A stretch of DNA of 64,000 bases from Candidatus Latescibacterota bacterium. GTDB taxonomy: Bacteria > Latescibacterota > UBA2968 > GCA-2709665. The number at the start of each line of letters is the position of its first letter. Position 1 is the stretch's first letter. The notes under the pieces were generated by a model, which saw only the letters and a program-made list of their open reading frames with translations, made no database searches and was not told where the DNA came from. A program made the translations under genes and the position numbers. The stretch lies in assembly GCA_963667175.2 (NCBI GenBank), contig CAXXXF010000016.1, positions 32,001-96,000 on the forward strand, read 5' to 3'. This document shows, piece by piece, positions 38,924 through 48,687 of this stretch.

Positions 38924-40333
38924 ATGAAGATGTTTGTCAATTCCCGATGGACGGACAAGGCAGAGAAGATCGAAGTGCTGAATCCGTACGATGGCTCTGT
39001 GATCGACACGGTACCACGGGCGGATGGCGCCGACGTTCAGGCCGCCCTCGCGACGGCGGCCAGGGGCGCCGAAATCATGGGGGCGATGCCGGCACACGAG
39101 CGGTACCGCATTCTGCACCGCGCCGCGGAGTTAATGGCTGACCGTCAGGAGGACTTCGGGTGGACCATTTCCTCCGAAGAGGGTAAGATTCTATCCGAGG
39201 GGCGCGGGGAAGCCGCACGGGCGGTCGATACGATGACGCTTTCGGCGGAAGAGGCGAAACGGCTTTACGGAGAGACCATTCCGCTGGACGGCGCGACCGG
39301 TGCGGAGGGCAAGTTCGGGTTTACCGTAAGGGTGCCCTGCGGCGTCGTCGTTGCCATTACGCCCTTTAATTTTCCCTTAAATCTGGTCTGCCACAAGGTT
39401 GGCCCGGCGCTGGCGGCTGGAAATTCCGTGATCGTTAAGCCGGCCACAGACACGCCTCTTTCCGCCATGAAACTGGTGGAGGCGCTTCTGGACGCGGGCG
39501 CACCGGCCGAATCCGTGCAGTGCATCACCGGACCCGGGGGCGAAATCGGAGACATGCTGTCGTCCGATCCCCGAGTGCGTAAGATCTCCTTCACGGGCAG
39601 CAGGGACGTCGGTGAACGAATCTGCAGAACGGCGGGGCTGAAGAAGGTGACGATGGAACTGGGGTCCAATTCGCCGCTGATTGTGATGCCGGACGCCGAT
39701 CTGGAAAAGGTGGCTGAAGCGACGGCCGCGACCGGATTTGCAAATGCCGGGCAGGTCTGCATTTCAGCGCAGCGGGTCATGGTCAACAAGGACGTCTACG
39801 AGGACTTCATCGACGTACTCCGGCCGCGCGTGGAGGCCATGACAACGGGCGACCAACTGGATGAATCGGTATCCATGGGACCGATGATTCGAGAGAACGA
39901 TGCGGTGCGGGTAAGCGACTGGATACACGAGGCGAGCCAGGGCGGCGCAAGGGTAATCGTGGGCGGAGACCGGAACGGTACATTACACGCCCCAACGGTG
40001 GTCGCGGACGTCGATCCCAGGATGCGGATTTCGTGCGACGAACTCTTCGGTCCGGCCGTCGGACTGACCCGATTCGAGGCCATCGATGAGGCCATCGCCT
40101 CGGCCAACGACACCAACTACGGTTTGTCGGCAGCGCTGTTCACTGAAAACCTGGACCACGCGATGCAGTTCGTCAACAAGGTGGCGTCAGGCAATATCAT
40201 GGTGAATTGGGGCCCTCAATGGCGGGCTGACCTGATGCCTTACGGAGGACTCAAGGATAGCGGGATGGGCAAGGAGGGGCCTAAGTACGCGGTGGAGGAG
40301 ATGACTGAGCTGAAGATGGTGGTATTTCATTGA
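38924..40333 (+). CDS. NAD(P)-dependent aldehyde dehydrogenase
   Basis: ITPFNFP, KPA, FTGS, MELGSN, NAGQVCIS, ELFGP, PYGGLKDSG. Confidence 0.93.
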   Translation: MKMFVNSRWTDKAEKIEVLNPYDGSVIDTVPRADGADVQAALATAARGAEIMGAMPAHERYRILHRAAELMADRQEDFGWTISSEEGKILSEGRGEAARAVDTMTLSAEEAKRLYGETIPLDGATGAEGKFGFTVRVPCGVVVAITPFNFPLNLVCHKVGPALAAGNSVIVKPATDTPLSAMKLVEALLDAGAPAESVQCITGPGGEIGDMLSSDPRVRKISFTGSRDVGERICRTAGLKKVTMELGSNSPLIVMPDADLEKVAEATAATGFANAGQVCISAQRVMVNKDVYEDFIDVLRPRVEAMTTGDQLDESVSMGPMIRENDAVRVSDWIHEASQGGARVIVGGDRNGTLHAPTVVADVDPRMRISCDELFGPAVGLTRFEAIDEAIASANDTNYGLSAALFTENLDHAMQFVNKVASGNIMVNWGPQWRADLMPYGGLKDSGMGKEGPKYAVEEMTELKMVVFH

Positions 40334-40379
40334 TCGCGAGGGTATGGACCGGCCGGAGATTTCGTCAGCTCGACAGGGG

Positions 40380-40694
40380 TCAGGAATCCTTCTGATCGGT
40401 TGGCTCGAGCGGCTGGTGGAGCGCCTTTTTGATGAGCACACCGGCCTTGAAATAGCTCTTCTTCCGTGCGGGCACGTACACGATTTCACCTGTCCGGGGG
40501 TTGCGCGCCGCAGGTTTGGGCTTGGTGTTCTTTACGCCCAGAACACCAAAACCGCGAATCTCGATGCGGTCTCCTGAAATGAGGCTCTCGCGCATAGCCT
40601 TGAAGAGGGTGTCTACAACCTCGTAGGCAAGTTGCTTCTTCACGCCCAGGCGTTCGGAAATCTCGATCGCCAGGTCTTTCTTGGTTGTTGTCAT
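40380..40694 (-). CDS. HU/IHF family DNA-binding protein
   Basis: TKKDL, RIEIRGFG, ARNPRTGE, FKAG. Confidence 0.92.
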   Translation of the reverse strand: MTTTKKDLAIEISERLGVKKQLAYEVVDTLFKAMRESLISGDRIEIRGFGVLGVKNTKPKPAARNPRTGEIVYVPARKKSYFKAGVLIKKALHQPLEPTDQKDS

Positions 40695-41222
40695 TTTCTC
40701 CTCTCGATTGGCCTGCTCGACTGAGCCGAAGCGTAATATAGACCCAAAGTGTCGATTGTTGCAAGAAAAAAATAAACTAGAAGTTACACGGATTTCCACC
40801 AAACCGGAACCGGGCTGCAGGATTCGGGTTCATCTGTAATTGATTGTTTTTAATAAACTTGTATGAAAATTTGTATATCTTATTGAATTTTAAACACTTA
40901 TACGAATTATCTCTCGCTTGCATTTTTCGTCGGAAGCGCCACCCGGGCGCGGGGAGGCGCGTGGATCCTGTACCATGCGGCGATCCTCGGACGACGATGC
41001 CCGCAGTCGCCGTTGTCAGCGACAGTCGTGCCTGGCGTCCGGGCAACGTCGTATTGGCGAGTCGGTTCTCTTGCGGGAGAATTGAACGGTGTGGGACCGT
41101 ACACCGGAATTGGACGGCAGCCATCCGTCGATTCAGAGAGCCATCGCTTCTTGAGCCCCGGGATGCCCGGGCCGGGCATCGGAGGCGAGCTCTTGTATGA
41201 GGGCCGGGGTGCGTGCCGAAAC

Positions 41223-42265
41223 TCAGCCGCTTCGCTGTTTGCGCAAGGTCTCCAGCAGGCGGTCGACGTGGTCAAATCCGTTAATGATGTGAGTGGACAC
41301 CCGGATCCAGTGGGCTCCGTCGATCCTTTGCGTCGGCACGGTGATCCGATGTCTCTCGTAAAGGTCGAGGCTCCCGAATCCCGTAACGTGGAATGCCGAG
41401 ATTGAACCGGACATGCCGGCGCCGGACGGTGTAAGCAGTCTTGCCCATCCTGTTGCCGCCATGCCTTCCCGAAGATAGGCCGCCAACGCCCTGCCTCTTT
41501 TCAGAATACGATATTTGCCAACCTGTTCCTGAAAATCGACGGCTTCGCCTACGGCGGCGAAACCGGCCTGATCCCGGGCGCCCCAGTTCTCAAGCCCCCA
41601 CATATACGGACGGTCGCCCAGTCTCAACACGCCGTCCGCGTCACGCCTTGGGCCCCCGCGGCTGTATCCCCAGCTTACGATGACGTGATCCAGAAGCTCT
41701 TGCGCGCGCGGAGACGCGTAGAGGAACCCCGTACCCTTCGGCGCGCATAGCCGCTTGTGACAGTTTCCGCCGTAAAAATCACAATCCAGGGCATTCAGGT
41801 CCAGGGGGATCATGCCCGGGGCATGGGCGCCGTCGACCGCAGTGATCGCACCGCGCTTGCGGGCAAGGCGCGCCAGCCTGCCAATTGGCGCGATCATGCC
41901 GGTGCGGGTGAAAATGTGACTGCAGAGGACCAGCCGGGTGCGGCCGGCAAACCCGACTTCAAAGGCATCCATGATATCGTCGGGACTCTTCGCCGTCAGC
42001 GGAATCCTGGCGCGCTTCACGACAACCCCGCGCCGTCGTTCCACATGGTGCAGGCAGTGATCGATTGCGCCAGATTCCTGGTCCGAGGCGAGAATCTCGT
42101 CGCCGGGACGCCATCTCAGGCCATTGATCACCATATTGATAGCGACGGTGACGTTGCATGTGAACGCGACGTCCTCCGGCGGCGCGTTGATAAAGCCGCT
42201 CAGCCGGCGGCGGATACCTGATTCATGAATCCCTCGATTGGCTCACACGCTGGAACCGGATTCAT
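41223..42265 (-). pseudogene. Class V aminotransferase (CefD/cysteine desulfurase-like), 5' truncated or frameshifted
   Basis: VDGAHAPG and NCHKRLCAPKGTG present. Homologous sequence continues upstream of ATG 42134 (RRRLSGFINAPPEDVAFTCNVT) to an in-frame stop near 42243 with no start codon. Confidence 0.65.
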
Positions 42266-42467
42266 ACCGGTTCTCTCTCTGCTTTCGTTTGCGCGTGAGA
42301 ACGGATCTATCGAGTCGATGAAGGCGGAGGTTTCGGGCCGGCGCGAGCCCGAGACCTTCCCGGGATCGCAACCGGGTCGCTCAGGGTCTTTCAATCGGCG
42401 CGGCGCGTTGGCGTGCCGACGTGTTTGTCCCGACGAAACGACGAGGCCCGGTCTGCCGTAACCTACC

Positions 42468-42496
42468 TTGACAGCTTGATTTATCTTGTCTATATT
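42468..42496 (+). promoter_or_regulatory. sigma70 promoter upstream of the formate dehydrogenase operon
   Basis: TTGACA-17 nt-TATATT. Confidence 0.7.
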
Positions 42497-42770
42497 ATCT
42501 TGAGCGGGTGGCTGTCGGTCGCAAGGCGCTGGCTTGCGGTTTACGTCGTTGCGTGTCATACAGGCAATCGAAATCTTCATCATGCTTCGATCGTTTCGGG
42601 ATTCATTCTGTATTGATGCACTGATTTCTTTTGCGACTCCGTGAACTGAAGCGCGGCCGAATTGCGACCTGAAGTCGTCTTTACGGTTCCGGCCACTTCC
42701 CGGCGAAAACGGCCCGGTTGATCCGGATTCAGGCGGGTTGTTTGTATACAGGCATCGATGGGAGCGTTCC

Positions 42771-44432
42771 ATGACGGGCCTTCGGGACGACGAGCTGGTT
42801 CGAAGCTGGAAAGACGAGCCGGCGCCCCTGCTGCCGTTGTTGCACGCGTTCCACGACCGGGATGGATATATCTCCGATGAGGCCATCCGATCCATATCCG
42901 CGGGCTTGAAAACACCACTGGCGGATCTGTTTGGAACCGTTACGTTCTACCATCACTTATCCCGCAAGCCCGGGGGCCTGCATGAATATCGGGTGTGCAC
43001 GGGCCCGGTATGCGCGCTTCAGGGAGCGCGGGAGATGTGCGATGCCCTTAACGGTGTACCTATGGCCTGCCCGGGCAGGTGCGACCAACCGATACCCGTA
43101 ATCCAGAACCACCGCGTGCTCGTGGGTCCGAACGCAGGGGATCTGCAGGAGGTCCCGACGCCAATGCCGGAAGACAACCCGGGCGGCTTCGAGGAATGCG
43201 TCTTTCGTCATATTCGAACGCCGAAGCGTTCGGAACTCCGGGAGTATCGCGAGACTCGTGGATACCACGGTCTGGAAAAGGCCGTAACCAGGATGGCGCC
43301 AGCGGAGGTCGTGGAACGGGTCACGCAGAGCGGGCTGGCCGGGCGCGGGGGGGCCGGCTTCCCCACGGGCGCAAAATGGAGGGCGGTTGCGGACGCCGGC
43401 GGCGGTACGAAGACGGTTGTCTGCAACGCCGACGAAGGGGAACCCGGCTGCTTCAAGGATCGCGCCCTGATGGACCATGATCCCCACTCGGTGCTGGAGG
43501 GAATGGCCATTGCCGCGTACGCAACCGGCGCCAAACGCGGGTTCATCTATCTCCGGTACGAGTACCCGCAAACGTGGAACGTCCTGGAACGCGCCCTCGG
43601 AGAAGCCGAGGCCGCCGGATTGCTTGGCAATGGCATTATGGGGACTGACTTCGACTTTCGGGTGCATCTTCGGCGCGGGGGAGGGGCGTACGTGTGCGGA
43701 GAAGAGGGGTCGCTGCTCAACAGCCTGGAGGGCAAACACCCGTTCCCGAGGAACCGCCCGCCCTTTCCCGTAACCCACGGGTTCGAGGATATGCCCACGG
43801 CGGTAAACAACGTTGAAACGCTGGTTGCCGTACCTCAAATCCTCCGGAAAGGCGCGGATTGGTACCGGGCACTCGGACTGAACGGACATCCAGGCACCAA
43901 AGTCATCAGTCTTTCGGGCGATATATCGAACCCGGGGAACTACGAGGTTCCCTTCGGCCTGCCGCTGAAGACCCTGCTGTATGATTGGGGCGGCGGCGCG
44001 CCCGGGGGCCGGAGCATCCAGGCGGTCACCATGGCGGGGTTGTCCGGAGGGTTTATCGCGGGTGACGCACTGGAAGCCACGCTCGACGAACCCGGCCTCC
44101 GCGGTTACGGGTCGTTTCTGGGCGCCGGTGGCATCATCGTCTTTGACGCCAGCCGGAACATGGTCGAGGTTGCCCGCGGCGCGATGGCCTTTTTTGCAGA
44201 CGAGTCCTGCGGCAAGTGTTTTCCGTGCCGCATCGGGACTCGCCGGTTGTCGGAAAGGCTTAAAGGTGACGGCGGCCCCCGGCAGGTCGGGACGTGGCGG
44301 GCTGAGGTCCATGATATCGGCCAGACCATGATCGCGACCAGCGCGTGCGGACTGGGCACGGCGGCGCCTCTGGTGACCGAAAGCCTCATGAAATACTTTC
44401 CGAATCAGGTGGAGACGCACGTCGCACGTTAG
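42771..44432 (+). CDS. NAD-dependent formate dehydrogenase diaphorase subunit, NuoE-NuoF (FdsG-FdsB-type) fusion
   Basis: N-terminal NuoE-like region (TFYHH, CTGPVC...CPGRC); NuoF motifs GRGGAGFPTG, NADEGEPG, YVCGEE, ESCGKCFPCR, CGLG. Confidence 0.88.
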   Translation: MTGLRDDELVRSWKDEPAPLLPLLHAFHDRDGYISDEAIRSISAGLKTPLADLFGTVTFYHHLSRKPGGLHEYRVCTGPVCALQGAREMCDALNGVPMACPGRCDQPIPVIQNHRVLVGPNAGDLQEVPTPMPEDNPGGFEECVFRHIRTPKRSELREYRETRGYHGLEKAVTRMAPAEVVERVTQSGLAGRGGAGFPTGAKWRAVADAGGGTKTVVCNADEGEPGCFKDRALMDHDPHSVLEGMAIAAYATGAKRGFIYLRYEYPQTWNVLERALGEAEAAGLLGNGIMGTDFDFRVHLRRGGGAYVCGEEGSLLNSLEGKHPFPRNRPPFPVTHGFEDMPTAVNNVETLVAVPQILRKGADWYRALGLNGHPGTKVISLSGDISNPGNYEVPFGLPLKTLLYDWGGGAPGGRSIQAVTMAGLSGGFIAGDALEATLDEPGLRGYGSFLGAGGIIVFDASRNMVEVARGAMAFFADESCGKCFPCRIGTRRLSERLKGDGGPRQVGTWRAEVHDIGQTMIATSACGLGTAAPLVTESLMKYFPNQVETHVAR

Positions 44433-44475
44433 TAGCTGGCGCATGTTAATCGTAACCGAATCCGGAAGGCGGGGA

Positions 44476-47205
44476 ATGATGGTTGCAGACGGGGATAAAG
44501 CCGATACCGCCACAATGACGCTGGACAGCCAGACAGTCAGGTTTTCCGACGGGGAAACCGTTTTTGACGTTGCGCAAAGGCACTCGAAATTCGTGCCGAC
44601 CCTGTGTTACGATTCCCGCCTGAAACCCTTTGGCAGTTGCCGCCTCTGTGTGGTCGACGTGGAAGGCGCGCGAACCCCCCTTGCTTCGTGCACGACCCCT
44701 GCAACGCCCGGGATGGTCGTTCGCACGCAGACGGATGCAATACAGAAACATCGCAAGGTGTTGCTGGAGTTGGTGGCCTCCGAAAACCCCGACGTGGACG
44801 TAGACCCCCTTAGCGGCTATGCCTCCCAGGAACTGGCTACGCTTGTCGATCGATACGGCGCGCGGACGGGCCGGTTCAGAGGCACCCGTTCCGGACGCAG
44901 CAAGCCGGAGGACGACAACCCGTTTCTTCTGCGAGACTATGAAAAGTGCATTTCCTGTTACCGTTGCGTCCGGGTGTGCGCCGAGCAGGAGGGGGACGAC
45001 GCAATCAGTGTGATGAACCGCGGTTTCGATACGCAGATCGTTACCGAATTCGACGGCTTGCTGAAAGAGTCGTCGTGTACGTTCTGCGGGCAGTGCATTC
45101 AGACGTGCCCGACGGGCGCCCTTGCGGACCGGAAGGCGCTCCGGGCGGCCGGCGAACCGGGAGAAATAGAAAAGACCCGGACCGTCTGTCCGTATTGCGG
45201 GGTCGGTTGTTCGGTGGACATGATGACAAAGGGGGAGAAGATCGTAGGAATCCAGCCCGCGATGGACGGTCCAGCGAACCTGGGTGCGCTTTGTGTAAAG
45301 GGGCAGTTTGCGTTCGATTTCGTGCAGCACCGCGAACGGCTGCGAGTGCCGCTGGTGCGGCGGGAAGACGGCAGGCTGCGCGAAGCCGGCTGGGAGGAGG
45401 CGCTGGATCGCGCGGCGCAGGGATTCATGCATGCACGGACGTCGCATGGAAATCTCAGCGCGTACGGCGTGGCGTCCGGCCGTGCGCCAACCGAGGCCGC
45501 TTACGTGATGGGCAAATTCATCCGCGCCGGCTTCGGTACCAACTACATCGACAACTGCAGCCGTGCCTGACACGCCCCTACGGTTGCCGGTCTGGCAGCC
45601 ACCGTCGGAAGGGGCGCGATGTCGAATCCACTGGTCGACATGGAGAAGCCCGATGTGTTCTTCTGCATCGGGACGAATATGACCGAGTGTCATCCGGTGG
45701 CGGCCACGCGCATGAAGAAAGCGGTACGCGGGGGTGCGAAGCTGATCGTGGCGGATCCCCGGCGCATCCCGCTGGCGGAGATGGCGGATCTGTATCTTCC
45801 GTTGCGTGTGGGGTCGGATGTTGCCCTTCTGCTTGCGATGGCGCACGTGATTGCGAGGGAGGGGTTGATCGACAGGGGGTTTGTCGAAAGCCGGACGACG
45901 AGGGCCGGGGACTTTCTCGAGCACGTGAAGGAATATCCCCCGGAGTGGGCCGAACGGATTACGGGGGTGCCGGCAAAGGATATCGAACTCGCCGCGATCT
46001 GGTACGGCATGGCGGATAGGGGCGCCATCTACTATACGCTGGGCATCACCGAACACATCTGCGGCGTCGACAACGTTCAGAGCCTGTGCAACCTGGCGCT
46101 GATGACGGGAAACGTGGGCCGCGAAGGCACGGGCATCAATCCCATGCGCGGTCAGAATAATATCCAGGGCGCGGGGGATGCAGGCGCTATCCCGGACAAA
46201 TTCCCCGGGTTCCAGGCGTGCGATGATCCGGAGATGGCGGCGAGATTCTCGCGAATTTACGGCCGGCCTCTGAAACCGGAAAAGGGAATAACGAAGGTGG
46301 CGGCGCTGAACCTTTGCGGAGACCGCATCCGCGCCATGCTGATCGACGGCGAGAACACGGTCGTATCCGACCCCGACAGGGCCCATTGCGCGAAGGCATT
46401 GCAGAGCCTGGACCATCTGGTGGTGATCGACATCTTCCTGACCGAAACGGCCAGACTTGCCGACGTCGTGCTGCCGGCCACGGCATGGGGCGAAACGGAC
46501 GGGACGTGTTCGAACACGGAGCGGCGCGTTCAGCGTCTGCGCGCCGCGGTCCCGCCCCCCGGGGAGGCCCGCCCGGATTGGTGGATTGTCAGTGAGATTG
46601 CGAAACGGATGGGAGCGCAGGGGTTCGACTTCACTTCCGCGAAAGACGTGTTCAACGAGCTGTGCGCCGTATCCCCGATATACGCGGGATTGAATTGGGA
46701 TCGAATCGAACATGGCCAGTACCATTGGCCGGTTCCTGACGCCGATCATCCGGGCACGCCGATGCTGCACGAAGGCGAATTTGTGAATGGCCGGGGCATC
46801 TTCACAAAACATCGCTACCGCAATCCTGCGGAGACGGTCAGCGACGAGTTTCCCGTATGGTTGACGACCGGCCGCAGATTGCAGGCATACCACACGCGGA
46901 CTCAGACCGGACGGGCCGCGGGGATGGACTACTTTCTGTCCGAAGAGGCTCTGGAGGTGCATCCGTCGGACGTGGTGGCCTGGGGACTTACCGACGGCGG
47001 CTGGTGCCGGATGTCGAGCGAGCGCGGTTCCATCCGGATCAAGGTCAAGGCGACCCGGCAGTCGCCGCGGGGGACCGTGTTCGCCAGTTTCGGCTTCAAT
47101 GACGTTCCCGTGAATATCCTGACGGGTTCGGGCTACGATCCGGTGACGGAAACGGCCGAATTGAAGGTGTGCCCGGTTCGTATTGAATCAATTGTTCCGG
47201 AATGA
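44476..47205 (+). CDS. fdhF: Selenocysteine-containing formate dehydrogenase alpha subunit (Mo/W-bisPGD); TGA 45568-45570 = Sec
   Basis: Track ORFs 44443-45570 and 45619-47205 are in the same frame. Read-through gives DNCSRA-U-HAPTVAGL. Also 2Fe-2S/4Fe-4S N-terminus, CPYCGVGC, RGQNNIQG. Confidence 0.93.
45582..45600 (+). promoter_or_regulatory. Bacterial SECIS element
   Basis: Hairpin GGTTGCC-GGTCT-GGCAGCC starting 11 nt after the TGA, similar to the E. coli fdhF SECIS. Confidence 0.85.
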
Positions 47206-47226
47206 TTTACTCCCGAAGGTTAAAGA

Positions 47227-48057
47227 TTGAATTCAGGCATTACACAGCGGGACGTGTCCAGGGTGAACAACGGCTTTCCGGCGCGTCCGGTTCAGGACGA
47301 CATCGCGGTTGAAGAGCCCCTGGAAATCCGCGTGGCCGGAGATCCGGTTGCCATAACCATGCGGTCGCCGGGTGACGACGCCCGGCTTGCGGCGGGCTTT
47401 CTCTTTTCAGAAGGGATTATTGCGTCCATCGAGGACGTGGGACGGGTAACCCACTGCGGAAGGCCGGGGACGGAGGCGTACGGAAACACGATCGACGTGC
47501 TGCCCGCGCCCGGCCACAGCCTGGATATCGAGCGGGTCTCCGCCAGCCGCCGGGGAACGCTGACGACGTCGGCGTGCGGGGTCTGCGGGCGGCAGGGCGT
47601 GGAAGACCTGATGGCGCGTTGTTCTGTTTTGCCGCCCGGGCCGCGGATATCGGCGGAACTGCTCCTGGATACGATTGAACGGATGACGCGGATTCAGCCC
47701 ACGTTCACCCATACCGGCGGCGTGCACGCCTCCGCCGCGTTCGGCCGGGACGGCCGCCCGCTTGTGTGTTCCGAAGACGTCGGACGCCACAATGCCGTGG
47801 ACAAGACCATCGGCGCCCTGCTGTTCGACCGTCTGGTGGGCGCGTCGTCGGGCGCCGCGCTGCTGGCCGTAAGCGGCAGAGCGAGTTTTGAAATCGTGCA
47901 GAAAGCGGCCGTCGCGAAAATCCCGATTGTCGCAAGCGTCTCCGCGGCCAGTTCTCTCGCGGTCGATCTCGCAACCGATGCGGGCATCACCCTCGCGGGT
48001 TTCGTTCGCCGCAGGGGATTCAACCTGTACGCGCACCCCGAACGGATCGGACAATAA
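47227..48057 (+). CDS. fdhD: Formate dehydrogenase accessory sulfurtransferase
   Basis: VEEPLEI, TMRSPG, SACGVCG, TGGVHA, EDVGRHNAVDK, SGRASFE. Confidence 0.93.
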   Translation: MNSGITQRDVSRVNNGFPARPVQDDIAVEEPLEIRVAGDPVAITMRSPGDDARLAAGFLFSEGIIASIEDVGRVTHCGRPGTEAYGNTIDVLPAPGHSLDIERVSASRRGTLTTSACGVCGRQGVEDLMARCSVLPPGPRISAELLLDTIERMTRIQPTFTHTGGVHASAAFGRDGRPLVCSEDVGRHNAVDKTIGALLFDRLVGASSGAALLAVSGRASFEIVQKAAVAKIPIVASVSAASSLAVDLATDAGITLAGFVRRRGFNLYAHPERIGQ

Positions 48058-48058
48058 G

Positions 48059-48286
48059 ATGCCTATCTTCGAGTTCATCTGCAGCAGGTGCCGCCATCCC
48101 TTTGAGGCCTTCATTCAGGGGTCCCGGGAGCCGCGTTGTCCGTCCTGTGGCAGCGCCGAACTTGAGAAGCAGCTTTCGGTTTTCGCTGTCAGCGGCGGCG
48201 GCGGTCGGACGGAGGCGCCCGCGCCCCTAGGACCGTGCGGAACCTGTGGAGACCCCAGGGGCCCGGGCGCCTGTACGATAAGCTAG
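48059..48286 (+). CDS. FmdB family zinc-ribbon protein
   Basis: MPIFEFICSRC..FE...CPSCGS...S.FA, C-terminal CGTC...C. Confidence 0.88.
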   Translation: MPIFEFICSRCRHPFEAFIQGSREPRCPSCGSAELEKQLSVFAVSGGGGRTEAPAPLGPCGTCGDPRGPGACTIS

Positions 48287-48413
48287 TGCCCGGTCCCAAG
48301 AACACCTCACCATTCTTCCGCCTGCCTGCGCAGTGCCCTGCGCTGCAGGCAGGCAGATTCATCGCGATCCGGCGGCCGAATTCAGGCGATCGATTTCCGG
48401 TACGGAACACCAG
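48283..48413. mobile_element. MITE-like element, short copy (131 bp)
   Basis: Starts at the CTAG overlapping a stop codon; first ~80 bp nearly identical to 52221-52300; imperfect terminal inverted repeats. Confidence 0.7.
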
Positions 48414-48422
48414 ACATCATGG

Positions 48423-48449
48423 CCCGGTTCATAACACCGGGTTTTTTTT
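48423..48449 (+). terminator. Intrinsic terminator after the fdh operon
   Basis: CCCGGT...ACCGGG followed by T8. Confidence 0.7.
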
Positions 48450-48687
48450 ATGCGCACAAAACGAGGAAGCGAACGCATTTTCAACCGAACCCGACGAATA
48501 CGGAGATCATCTTCCGCGTTAACGTTGAAAGAAATGCATTTGTGCATTTTGACATACGAACCTATCTTTGGCAGCGTCGGCTGTTTCTTACGTTATTCCA
48601 CGAGATTGACCTCGTGAACGGATGGTTTGCGTGGTCCCGGTCGAACCGGAACGGACGCGGGCCGGCCGGGCCCGGGGAGAATGCTGT

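Noticed and set aside
44446-46962. 838-aa antisense ORF, and similar long ones at 25501-27456, 42957-44513, 24088-25359 and 57518-58816
   Set aside because: Shadow frames opposite well-supported genes in GC-rich DNA; no recognisable motifs
45619-47205. Separate molybdopterin oxidoreductase gene starting at ATG 45619
   Set aside because: It is the C-terminal part of the Sec-containing FDH alpha subunit
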